NCBI GenBank assembly: GCA_015233675.1 | Contig: JADFXH010000001.1 | Coordinates: 209,138 to 273,137, forward strand | Reading direction: 5' to 3' | Length of the DNA: 64,000 bases | Source: Candidatus Omnitrophota bacterium | GTDB lineage: Bacteria; Omnitrophota; Gorgyraeia; Zapsychrales; Fredricksoniimonadaceae | In this document: piece by piece, positions 29,469 to 38,697 of the stretch | Layout of the letters: every line of letters starts with the position of its first letter | Numbering within the stretch: the stretch's first letter is position 1 | The notes under the pieces: generated by a model | The model's input: the letters and a program-made list of their open reading frames with translations, nothing else | Database searches by the model: none | What the model was told of the DNA's origin: nothing | Position numbers and translations under genes: made by a program

Positions 29469-29718
29469 TCTTTCAAATAAATTTAAATATATTATCTATT
29501 CTTATACTAATAATAATACTCATGTAAGTCAATATGCTACACTTGCATTCTGGGACCTTGATGCTAACCCTCGACAAAATCTTTCAGACACGACGATCAA
29601 TTGTATAAATAGCGTAACAATAACAATGACCAACCAGTATGGGATGTTAGGAACGTGCAGCACATCGGTCGGAAAACGCATTCAAGCTGGCGATGGCATT
29701 TTCGCAGGGCTGTCTTAA
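29142..29718 (+). pseudogene. major pilin gene split by a +1 frameshift at a G6 homopolymer (29457-29462)
   Basis: ORF 29455..29718 encodes a pilin-like C-terminus (C-x18-C, then GKRIQAGDGIFAGLS). Deleting one G fuses both ORFs into a ~192-aa pilin. Confidence 0.65.
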
Positions 29719-29741
29719 AATGTTGGATATTACCGCTGTTT

Positions 29742-31031
29742 TTATAATTTAACAACCCTTTTGTCCGTCTTGTCCTTATACACATTACGCGTATCAAAAA
29801 TCAACCGTGCGTTTTTATATATTAATTCATAATTGACCGCCGTGTGGTCCACCGCCACTATCACCACATCATACCCTTTAAGGTTTGCCGGCGTTAAATC
29901 AATAGATTTCAGGTCCAATCCGTCTAATTTAAGGAATGGGATGATAGGATCATAATAATCCGCTTTGATCTGTTTTCTTAAAAGATCCAGGAGCCGTATT
30001 GCCGGCGATTTTCTAAGGTCTTTGACGTCTTTCTTATAAGTCACACCCAAGACCAGCGCCTTGGCATTCTTAAAAGATTTCCCTAACATTTCCTGCAGAC
30101 GAATGACCGCATAAGCAGGCATGTTATGGTTCGTATCCGCCGCTAATTTAATGAATTTGCAGCTAAAATCGTAATGTTTGGCTTTCCAGTATAAATACAG
30201 AGGATCTTCGGGAATACAATGCCCGCCGACTCCCAGCCCCGGATAAAACGGCATGAAACCAAATGGTTTTGTCTTGGCCGCGCCAATGACTTCCCAAACA
30301 TCGATATTTAACGCATGGCACATTTGCGCGATTTCATTGATCCATCCAATATTAACGATACGAAAAGAATTCTCCAAAAGCTTGGTCATTTCCGCGGATT
30401 TGCAGGAAGACACCTGATGCACATGCTTGATGATCTGACTGTAAAGCAGCCCGGTCAAAGAGGTGCACGCCGCAGTCAATCCCCCGACAACTTTGGGGAT
30501 TTTGGTAACCTCAAAATCTTTATTGCCCGGATCAATGCGCTCAGGGGAAAACGCGACGTAAAAATCTTTGCCTGCTTTTAAACCGCTTTTTTCGAGCTCC
30601 GGCTTGATAAGCTCTTCTGTCGTGCCGGGATAGGTGGTGCTCTCTAAAACAACCAGCATGTCCTTATGTAAATGTTTGGCCACACTTCTAACGGCACTGA
30701 CAATATATGAAATATCCGGAGTATATTTACGTTTAAGCGGCGTCGGAACGCAAATAATAACAACATCAACTTGATTTAATAAATCAAAATCTGTAGAAAC
30801 ATCAAAAACTTTCCTGCGGATTACTTTAGCAATAAGAGAAGACGGCACATCGGTAATATAACTTTTCATGCTCCTAATACGCTCTATCCTGTGGGCATCG
30901 GTATCAATCCCTGATACTTTAAATCCTTTTTCGGCAAATGCCAGCGCCAACGGCAAGCCGACATATCCCAAACCGATCACCGCAATGCGGGCCTGTTTCT
31001 TATTGATCTTATTCTTCAATTTAATAGACAT
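29742..31031 (-). CDS. UDP-sugar (UDP-GlcNAc/ManNAc/glucose) 6-dehydrogenase family protein
   Basis: N-terminal Rossmann motif IAVIGLGYVGLPLA, the catalytic Cys region and a C-terminal UDP-binding domain. Confidence 0.85.
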   Translation of the reverse strand: MSIKLKNKINKKQARIAVIGLGYVGLPLALAFAEKGFKVSGIDTDAHRIERIRSMKSYITDVPSSLIAKVIRRKVFDVSTDFDLLNQVDVVIICVPTPLKRKYTPDISYIVSAVRSVAKHLHKDMLVVLESTTYPGTTEELIKPELEKSGLKAGKDFYVAFSPERIDPGNKDFEVTKIPKVVGGLTAACTSLTGLLYSQIIKHVHQVSSCKSAEMTKLLENSFRIVNIGWINEIAQMCHALNIDVWEVIGAAKTKPFGFMPFYPGLGVGGHCIPEDPLYLYWKAKHYDFSCKFIKLAADTNHNMPAYAVIRLQEMLGKSFKNAKALVLGVTYKKDVKDLRKSPAIRLLDLLRKQIKADYYDPIIPFLKLDGLDLKSIDLTPANLKGYDVVIVAVDHTAVNYELIYKNARLIFDTRNVYKDKTDKRVVKL

Positions 31032-31121
31032 ACCGTTTTCTCCTCAGACTTTTTACTTTAAACATTGTTTATGAACACAGCACAAATTTGCATATCATAA
31101 CAGTTAAACTTCAAATTTACA

Positions 31122-31823
31122 TCACGCATAATGCTTAAGCACTAAATTCCCTATGACCCTGACAGCTTCTTGAGGGCCCACGCTATCAACATTAATGATA
31201 AGATCGTAAAGTAAGGGGTCTGAAATATTTCTCTCAAAATATTTTTTAACATAACTACTTCTGTTGTGATCTTTCTTAATGACATACTCTTCGGCTTCTT
31301 TCTTGCTAACCTTTAAGTACTCCTGCATATGACTGATGCGCTTATCCAGCGAACTGATCAGACGGACATGCACTCCTCTGGGAACTTTAGCAGTGATTAT
31401 ACCGGCCCCCCAGTCAACTATGATGGAATAACCTAATTGGGCCAGGTGGAGAATCGTTTTGCTTGTTTCATGAACCAGTAAATGCCGCGAAGGATGCAAG
31501 CCGCAAATCTCTTCCATCATATCTTCAATTTCTGAAATTGTCGACTCTGATAAATAGGGAAGAACTGTCTCCGGCAAATCGTGCTCTTCAACAACCTTTT
31601 TTAAAAGCTCATTATCAAACACCGTCCATGGACACTCTTTCCGCCTTTCATGTTTTTGTAAATATTCACCTAAGCCCTTGGCAATGGTCAGGCCGTATGC
31701 CCCTGTCTCACGAGAAATAGTCACAAACGGCCTGCTTGTCTTGCGAGATTTCTCCGAGTCAGCTTTTAAAGATTTAAATTGGGAATTAATATAAGCAGAA
31801 TAAACGCCATTATGTTCTGTCAT
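31122..31823 (-). CDS. cytidylate kinase-like family protein
   Basis: Motif VTISRETGAYGLTIAKGLG is a P-loop variant typical of the CMK-like family. ~230 aa. Confidence 0.6.
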   Translation of the reverse strand: MTEHNGVYSAYINSQFKSLKADSEKSRKTSRPFVTISRETGAYGLTIAKGLGEYLQKHERRKECPWTVFDNELLKKVVEEHDLPETVLPYLSESTISEIEDMMEEICGLHPSRHLLVHETSKTILHLAQLGYSIIVDWGAGIITAKVPRGVHVRLISSLDKRISHMQEYLKVSKKEAEEYVIKKDHNRSSYVKKYFERNISDPLLYDLIINVDSVGPQEAVRVIGNLVLKHYA

Positions 31824-31898
31824 AGTTTTTTTAGTTTAACATACAAAAAAAAACTCTGCAACTTATTCAAGCCTGATTCAAAAACCTTACGGGTGCGT

Positions 31899-33482
31899 TT
31901 AAACCTCGGTTACGACAACCGCTTCCTTCGGAGATTTGATGACAGGAAAAAGCATGACCAGCGGCAGAAGTACTATAAACATAATCATAAGTACGATAGA
32001 AGTATCGTTATAGGCCATCATATCTGCCTGCCTGTTGACCATATGCTGGACCAAGGCCAGCATTTTTGGTTTTACGTCAACGCCGGCAACTCCTTGACGG
32101 ACAAAAAGCGCCTGAGCCTGATGATAAAATACCGTAAAATTCTTATTTAACAGGCTTATATGTTCTACTAAACATGCATGATGAACTTGTGACTGCCTCT
32201 CAATAACGGTCACGATCAGGGCATAACCAACATTCCCCCCTACCTGCTGGAACAAATTATAAATTCCTGAGGCTGAAGTCATCTCCTCCTTGGAGATCGA
32301 TGAAACAGCCACCGTTGTCAGGGTCACAAACATGAACGGCATGCCTAATCCCATCAAAATCAGGATTGGAATGATGCTCATGTCCGACGCACTTAAAGAC
32401 AAATGCGCCAGCTGCCAATAGGACAGGCTCACGACCACGATCCCCGTCACCATCATGGCCCTTGAATCTATAAAATTAAAAATCCTTCCTACCAGCGGAA
32501 GGACAAAAAACAGGGTCACGGCACGCGGCATCAGGATCAAGCCTGCTTGGAATGCCGGATAACCTAATAACTGCTGGGTAAATTGCGGTAAAATAAACGT
32601 CGTTCCGTACAGAGCAATCCCAAAGACCAATACAATAATAACACCCATCCTCAGCTGGATATTCTTTAACAGACGGAAATTCACCACAGGTTCGCTTTGT
32701 AAAAGTTCCCAAACCACCAAGGTCACCAATGACACAACCGTAACAATACTGAAAATTATGATCATCGGGGAGTCAAACCAGCTTTCCTGCTGGCCGCGCT
32801 CAAGGACCGTCTGTAAACCGGTCAGCCCCAAAGTTAAAAGAACGATACCCCCCCAGTCAATTTTCTTTATCCCCCGGCGAAGATACGCAGGGTCATGCAC
32901 ATAAAGCCATACCAAGAACATCCCCAATAAACTCACCGGTATATTGATATAAAAAATCCAAGGCCAGCCGTAATTGTCCGTCAGCCATCCACCTAACACC
33001 GGACCAAAAGCAGGGGCCAGCACAACCCCCATGGAAAAAATAGCCATCGCCATTCCCTGCTCTTTCTTGGGAAAACTCTCCCGCAAAATCGCTTGCGAAA
33101 TAGGTATTAAACTCCCTCCCCCGATACCTTGGATAATCCGATAAATAAGCATCGAGGTGAAATTGTGCGCTGTCGCGGCAAGGATGGAGCCAAATGTAAA
33201 AATAGCAAAGGAGGCTAGATAAAAATTCTTGCGGCCCACCAGAGTCACCCACCAGCCGGACATTGTCAACATGATGACGGCCGCGATACTGTAGGCTGTG
33301 GCCACCCATGTGATGGCCGAAAGGGTCTGGCCAAAATTGCCCATCATATACGGCAATGCAACATTAACCACGCTAATGTCCATGACCGCCATAAACGCGC
33401 CAAACATGACAGCCGTGGCAACCAGCCATTTACTGACACCATTAGCTGTTTCTTCTTGTATGGGGGATGAGGATTGGGCCAT
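31899..33482 (-). CDS. emrB: MFS drug efflux transporter, DHA2 (EmrB/QacA) family, 14 TMS
   Basis: 527 aa, 14 predicted TM segments, MFS motif GRKNFYL. Confidence 0.85.
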   Translation of the reverse strand: MAQSSSPIQEETANGVSKWLVATAVMFGAFMAVMDISVVNVALPYMMGNFGQTLSAITWVATAYSIAAVIMLTMSGWWVTLVGRKNFYLASFAIFTFGSILAATAHNFTSMLIYRIIQGIGGGSLIPISQAILRESFPKKEQGMAMAIFSMGVVLAPAFGPVLGGWLTDNYGWPWIFYINIPVSLLGMFLVWLYVHDPAYLRRGIKKIDWGGIVLLTLGLTGLQTVLERGQQESWFDSPMIIIFSIVTVVSLVTLVVWELLQSEPVVNFRLLKNIQLRMGVIIVLVFGIALYGTTFILPQFTQQLLGYPAFQAGLILMPRAVTLFFVLPLVGRIFNFIDSRAMMVTGIVVVSLSYWQLAHLSLSASDMSIIPILILMGLGMPFMFVTLTTVAVSSISKEEMTSASGIYNLFQQVGGNVGYALIVTVIERQSQVHHACLVEHISLLNKNFTVFYHQAQALFVRQGVAGVDVKPKMLALVQHMVNRQADMMAYNDTSIVLMIMFIVLLPLVMLFPVIKSPKEAVVVTEV

Positions 33483-33493
33483 CGGACATTCCC

Positions 33494-34366
33494 TTATTTC
33501 AATTTAACGTCCGGCACAACGGACATGCCTAAAGACAAGGAATCATCATTCTGTGAAGAATCGATAAGAATTTTAACCGGCACTCTCTGGACCACTTTAA
33601 CATAATTGCCTGTGGCATTCTCTGCCGGGAGCAAACTAAACCTGGCCCCGGTCCCCCGCTGAATACTATCCACGTGTCCGTAAAATTCCTTCTGCGGATA
33701 AGCATCAACATGAATGGAAACCTTCTGTCCGGGCTGCATATGGGTAAGCTGTGTTTCCTTAAAGTTTGCGATCACCCAACGTTCCGGAGGGACGATGGCA
33801 AGCAAGGCTTGACTTGCCTGTACAAAATCTCCCTCTTCGACGGATTTACGCGTCACACGCCCCCGGGTAATGGCCATGATCTTAGTATAGGAAAGATTTA
33901 ACTGGGCCTGTTTGACCTTGGCTTTAGTGATATCCAAATTGGCCATGGCTGTGTCTGCCCGGAGAAGGGCCCGGTCTAATTGCTGTTTTGAAATATCCCC
34001 TGAAGAAAAAAGCTTGCTATAACGCTCTAAATCCTCCTTCGACTGTTTCAATTCCGCCTGGGCTTCGGCCATTTCCGCCGTTGCCAAATCGAGGGACACA
34101 GCATAATCCCTTTCATCAATTTGCACAAGAAGGTCCCCTTGATGGACAATCTGATTGTCTTGTATATAAACTTTGACGATATGCCCGGATACTTGAGGGC
34201 TTACCATGATCACGTGCCCTTCAATAAAAGCATCGTCGGTAGATTCATGAGGAAAAAAATAATTGTACCCAACAAACAACAAGACTAAAACTGCTGCCCC
34301 TGCAATGATAACAGTAATGGTCTTTTGCCGATTCTGCCCATTGAACCTTTTTAATATCCTCTCCAT
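33494..34366 (-). CDS. emrA: HlyD/EmrA-family membrane fusion protein
   Basis: N-terminal TM, a coiled-coil hairpin and a lipoyl/beta-barrel domain. Directly upstream of emrB. Confidence 0.8.
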   Translation of the reverse strand: MERILKRFNGQNRQKTITVIIAGAAVLVLLFVGYNYFFPHESTDDAFIEGHVIMVSPQVSGHIVKVYIQDNQIVHQGDLLVQIDERDYAVSLDLATAEMAEAQAELKQSKEDLERYSKLFSSGDISKQQLDRALLRADTAMANLDITKAKVKQAQLNLSYTKIMAITRGRVTRKSVEEGDFVQASQALLAIVPPERWVIANFKETQLTHMQPGQKVSIHVDAYPQKEFYGHVDSIQRGTGARFSLLPAENATGNYVKVVQRVPVKILIDSSQNDDSLSLGMSVVPDVKLK

Positions 34367-34389
34367 AACCTATCCCCCGCTTTTAACAA

Positions 34390-35766
34390 TCATAAATGAA
34401 AACTTTCAATACTACCTATGGCCGAATAATAATTCATTCGCGCAATATGATATTGTGTCAAGGCTGCCGTATAAGATTCACGGGCCTCGGCTAATTTCGT
34501 TTGAGCTGTTATGACCTCTAAATTATTGCTTAAACCGGAAGCAAACTGATTGCGGGCCAGCGACACTTCCTCGGCTGCTAAAATCACTGTCTGCTCTGCC
34601 GCCAGCACCTGTTGTTTGCTGCTAGTCAGCGTCTTTAAAGCCAAGCGCACATCTTCCTCAACCTGAATTTGAGTGTCATCCCGGATCATTTCATTTTCCT
34701 GTTTCTTGCCGGCAGCCTCTTTGACTTCTCCGATAATGCGGCCGCCATCGAATACAGGCCATTTAACCTGCAGCCCTATCTCGCTGACCTCGCTTGTCTT
34801 CTTTGAAATATCTGTCCCCGCGCGGCCGATATCTCCCATTAATGCTACTTGCGGGAAATTTTGGTTTCTTGCCTCCTGAAGTTTGTACTTGGCATATTGC
34901 ACTTCCTGCCCGGTGATTTTAATTTCTATACGCTGGGCCTCAGCCGTGTCAATGGCATCTTCCAATGATAAAGCCGTTTCTTCAAAAAATTTCAGCGTAT
35001 CCGTAAGCTCCAGAGGATTTCCTAACGGAAAACTTGTAATACGTTTTAGCTGAAGATCCGCCCTGTCTAAATCTAACAGACCTTCCTGATACAGGAATTC
35101 TTCCTGGGCCAAACGGGTTTTAGCGCGTGTCACATCAATCCTGGCAGCAATCCCATCATCAAATTGGTGCTGGGCCAATGTCAAAATCTGTTGAGCCAAA
35201 GCTTTATCTTTTTCTATAGCTTTAAGACGTTCCTGCGCATTTAATACTGCCAAATAAGTCATAGCGGCCGTGAGGGTCACTTGCTGACGGGCTAAATCCT
35301 GCTCAAAATCAGCTATTCTTAGCTCGACACTGCCTGCCTGATGACGCGAAAGCGCGCTTAAATCAAAAACCCGCTGTACCAGCTGGGCCCTGGCATCAAA
35401 AGTTTTCAATGGCCCAAGGTTCCCCCCTCCGGGGAATCCCAATGAATCCAGATTTTCCCTAAAAACTTTCATTTGAGCGCCACCCAAGGATAGATTGGGT
35501 AAAAGCTGTGCGTCTGCTTGCTGTTTGCGGCCAGCGGCTTGACGTACTTGCTGACAAGCAACTCTTATGAGTAAGCTATTTTCCTGGGCCCTGGCCAAAA
35601 CTTGCGATAAATTTAGCTTAAAAGAGGATACAGCGTTCGAAATAATTTCAGAGCTAAAAGCTGATGGCCCATAACAGCTGGCCAGCAGGAATATAAAAAC
35701 AAAAAGAGAACTCCCTGCTTTGTTGTTATTTATTGTGTTTCGTTTTTTTGGATCCAAGTTTTTCAT
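34390..35766 (-). CDS. TolC-family outer membrane efflux protein
   Basis: Signal peptide and duplicated OEP repeats. First gene after marR in the operon. Confidence 0.8.
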   Translation of the reverse strand: MKNLDPKKRNTINNNKAGSSLFVFIFLLASCYGPSAFSSEIISNAVSSFKLNLSQVLARAQENSLLIRVACQQVRQAAGRKQQADAQLLPNLSLGGAQMKVFRENLDSLGFPGGGNLGPLKTFDARAQLVQRVFDLSALSRHQAGSVELRIADFEQDLARQQVTLTAAMTYLAVLNAQERLKAIEKDKALAQQILTLAQHQFDDGIAARIDVTRAKTRLAQEEFLYQEGLLDLDRADLQLKRITSFPLGNPLELTDTLKFFEETALSLEDAIDTAEAQRIEIKITGQEVQYAKYKLQEARNQNFPQVALMGDIGRAGTDISKKTSEVSEIGLQVKWPVFDGGRIIGEVKEAAGKKQENEMIRDDTQIQVEEDVRLALKTLTSSKQQVLAAEQTVILAAEEVSLARNQFASGLSNNLEVITAQTKLAEARESYTAALTQYHIARMNYYSAIGSIESFHL

Positions 35767-36301
35767 TTTCTGACTTCTTTAATTTATCGTTAATACTGGA
35801 ACGCATCTTCACTAATAACCCATTCAATTGCTGTTTTTCTTGATCTGACAAATTCAGAAACAACCCTGCGGCATATTCATAATACTTAGGCAAAAAAGAC
35901 CCGACTAATTCCTCTCCCTTTTTGGAAATCCTGGCTATGCAAATACGCCTGTCATTCTCGTCGTAAACCCTTTCGACTAACCCTTGACGGATAAGCCCAT
36001 CGATCAAACCGGTAATATTGGCCCTGCTGACCAATAATAATTTGCTGATCTCATGGTGCTTACATCCCTTTTTCCCTTCACTGTGATTTAAAATAGACAA
36101 TACATTCAAAGCCGCCCGGGACAGGCCGTATTCACGCGTTTTTTGGGAAAGCACAGAATCCAATAGGTTATGCGTAAAAGTTAAATTCAGCAAAACTTCC
36201 ATTGCATTCCAGTCAAAATGCTTATGGCTTTCCCCGAAAGCACGGATCCTTTGCCAATAGTAGCCAATCTTCTTATCAAGTTCTTCTTGAGCATCCTTCA
36301 T
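35726..36301 (-). CDS. MarR-family transcriptional regulator
   Basis: Winged HTH SRAALNVLSILNH...ISKLLLVSRANITGLIDGLIRQGLVER. Confidence 0.8.
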   Translation of the reverse strand: MKDAQEELDKKIGYYWQRIRAFGESHKHFDWNAMEVLLNLTFTHNLLDSVLSQKTREYGLSRAALNVLSILNHSEGKKGCKHHEISKLLLVSRANITGLIDGLIRQGLVERVYDENDRRICIARISKKGEELVGSFLPKYYEYAAGLFLNLSDQEKQQLNGLLVKMRSSINDKLKKSENEKLGSKKTKHNK

Positions 36302-36396
36302 TTTCGCCTCCTACCATAAAATATAAAACAAACGGCCCCACTTTGTCAATATATTAATCATTAATTCATTAACATTATTTATTCGGAAAAATCATC

Positions 36397-36425
36397 TGTT
36401 GACAGATAATCCAATAGCAGTATAA
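36397..36425 (+). promoter_or_regulatory. near-consensus sigma70 promoter inside the marR divergent region
   Basis: TTGACA, a 16-nt spacer, then TATAAT. Preceded by AT-rich palindromes (ttaatcattaattcattaa) that could be the MarR operator. Confidence 0.45.
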
Positions 36426-36464
36426 TAAAAAAATTATCGACGAGGAAAATGAGAGTATTTAACT

Positions 36465-36911
36465 ATGGTCATGACTAACGCCCAACTAACGCAGATTATG
36501 CAGTCTTCCGTAGCTCCGTGTGTGCTTATTTCAGGAGCTGGCCTGCTGTTGCTGGTATTAGCCGGCCGTTTGGCCAGACCAATTGACAGGGTCAGGCATT
36601 TATGTGATTTGGTTAAAAAACATCCGGGGCCGGAGGGAGAAAGTTACCGCCAACAAATCGATATATTTTACAAGCGCTGCCATCTGCTGCGCAATTCCGT
36701 GGCCACAAATGTCATATGCTTAAGCGCCATTGCTACCGTAATATTATTATTATTTTTAAGTAATTTATTTAATGTGTCTTTAATTACGCCGATCACCGTT
36801 TGCTTTATCGTCGGAGTATTGGCCCTGATTTTATCCCTGCTGTTTTTCCTAAACGACCTTTTTATGACCCTTAAATCCCTGGAAATTGAAATCAGAGATT
36901 CATGCAATTAA
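36465..36911 (+). CDS. small integral membrane protein (DUF2721-like)
   Basis: 148 aa with four TM segments. Confidence 0.5.
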   Translation: MVMTNAQLTQIMQSSVAPCVLISGAGLLLLVLAGRLARPIDRVRHLCDLVKKHPGPEGESYRQQIDIFYKRCHLLRNSVATNVICLSAIATVILLLFLSNLFNVSLITPITVCFIVGVLALILSLLFFLNDLFMTLKSLEIEIRDSCN

Positions 36912-36913
36912 AT

Positions 36914-38686
36914 TTAAAACGTGTTATACGGCTGCTGAATGATGCGTAATAATTCCTTTGCCGCTTCTTTTGGCCCGTTGCGCTCCCAGCCCGAAAGCCC
37001 CAGACGGGTACGAATCTGGCCGACAAAAATCCCCGCCTTAAAAAAAGCATGAAAATATTTCTCCGCTAATACTTCATGAACATCTCTATATTGAACGGGA
37101 CCAAAAATGTTGGCGAAATACGAATGGACAATCCCGTTAGAGGTAGTTGTTCCCTTGCTCATAACTGTGCCATCTCTAAAAATCTTGATTGCCATCTCAG
37201 GGGTTGTTAACCTATCGATAATAGGATGGTCCTCATCAATATCTTCATAATTATTGGCATATAAAATGAAATCAATTTTATGGCCTTTGATCAAATTATT
37301 GAATGTGGTCACAGGCAGAATAATACGCGCATTGACCTGATTAGCGTTCATGATAATGGCACGGTCAATCTGCCCCAAGGCATACCCAGGCTGCAGGTCA
37401 TCCAAGCGCAAAAAAGCCCCTGTTTCCGTACCACAGCCGATGATCTTCCCATCCGATGATATGCTCAAGGACCCCATGTCGTCTGCAATAATCACTATAT
37501 CCTGTATGTATTCATCACCCAAAGCACGAAACGCTTCCAATGTTTCTGATTTGCCCGCCCCTGTATCCCCCATAAATAAAAAAGTGAAGTCTTTATTGCC
37601 CTTAAGGACCACCCTCACCAGGGCCCCATGAAAAGGCAGATACCCCATCTTCATCATCTTGATATTGTGCAGTGTCAGGATCATTTTTTTCAAATAACCG
37701 AAATACCCGAAATCGTCATGTCCCGGGACCGCTCCTACTAAAATGTCATTCCCTTCATCATCATAAAAAACCGTAGGCATTTTAGCCAAATGGTCCAATA
37801 CCGCACCCGGAACTCCAAAGATATAAACGGCATCAGGCTTACGTTCCAGGTCCTCGTCATCCGCCATTTCAAACAAATTGCATAAAGAAAGCCCAAGCTC
37901 GAAAAATTTCTTATGAAAATAAACCAACATCACAAGCGGCCCCACCTTGGCAGGGTAACAAAGCCATTCATTCTTCTGTAAATCAGCCAACTCAATAGGA
38001 TTTTGACCGATGCGCTCGAACTTCCCGGAGCGCTTGTTCATAGGAGTATTCAATATCAACGGCGGATAAAGAAGCACTTGACGGATAATAGGAATCCCCT
38101 GCAATTTTTCATAAATACCGCAAGGGAGATTCATGATTCGATTGGAAACGATCACCCCAACCTCCGCACCGGCAATGACCTGACGATAAATACGCGGATG
38201 CTGCTTGGTCAAATTCTCCGCAATATCACGATAGGTACTGCGGATCAAATGGCTAAGCGGTTCGACCACATCGTTAAAAGTACGGTACGGCCTTTGGTCC
38301 AGATCACGTCCTGCCGAGTCACAAACGATGAAACGCTCAAGGGACCGCCAATAGTTATAAAAATATTCAATAAAATCGTTCAACAAGTGTTTATCACGTA
38401 AAAGCACTTCAGAACCGGGAACAAGCGCAGGCAAAAGATCTGCGGAATTCTTAGACAAAAACTTAAATGCTTTAATCAGAAGCTCTATGTCATTCTTGTC
38501 TCTTGGACTAGACGGTAAAAAAATATTCAAAAGTATCGAATTCTTGTGATTAAGTTCCGCCACACAGTCGGTCAATATCCTTTTGAATAGTTCGCTGTTA
38601 AGAACGTCTTCAGTGGAAAAACACACCTTATCATTAAAATGAATGACCACCTTATTACCATAAATATCAAAATAAGAATTGTTCAT
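36914..38686 (-). CDS. large uncharacterised protein with a C-terminal HprK/P-like P-loop kinase domain
   Basis: HGALVRV...FLFMGDTGAGKSETLEAFRALGDEYIQDIVIIADD parallels the HprK/P motif HGVLV...[25 protein letters not shown]. The ~360-aa N-terminal region matches no family I recognise. Confidence 0.55.
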   Translation of the reverse strand: MNNSYFDIYGNKVVIHFNDKVCFSTEDVLNSELFKRILTDCVAELNHKNSILLNIFLPSSPRDKNDIELLIKAFKFLSKNSADLLPALVPGSEVLLRDKHLLNDFIEYFYNYWRSLERFIVCDSAGRDLDQRPYRTFNDVVEPLSHLIRSTYRDIAENLTKQHPRIYRQVIAGAEVGVIVSNRIMNLPCGIYEKLQGIPIIRQVLLYPPLILNTPMNKRSGKFERIGQNPIELADLQKNEWLCYPAKVGPLVMLVYFHKKFFELGLSLCNLFEMADDEDLERKPDAVYIFGVPGAVLDHLAKMPTVFYDDEGNDILVGAVPGHDDFGYFGYLKKMILTLHNIKMMKMGYLPFHGALVRVVLKGNKDFTFLFMGDTGAGKSETLEAFRALGDEYIQDIVIIADDMGSLSISSDGKIIGCGTETGAFLRLDDLQPGYALGQIDRAIIMNANQVNARIILPVTTFNNLIKGHKIDFILYANNYEDIDEDHPIIDRLTTPEMAIKIFRDGTVMSKGTTTSNGIVHSYFANIFGPVQYRDVHEVLAEKYFHAFFKAGIFVGQIRTRLGLSGWERNGPKEAAKELLRIIQQPYNTF

Positions 38687-38697
38687 ACAACGATCCC

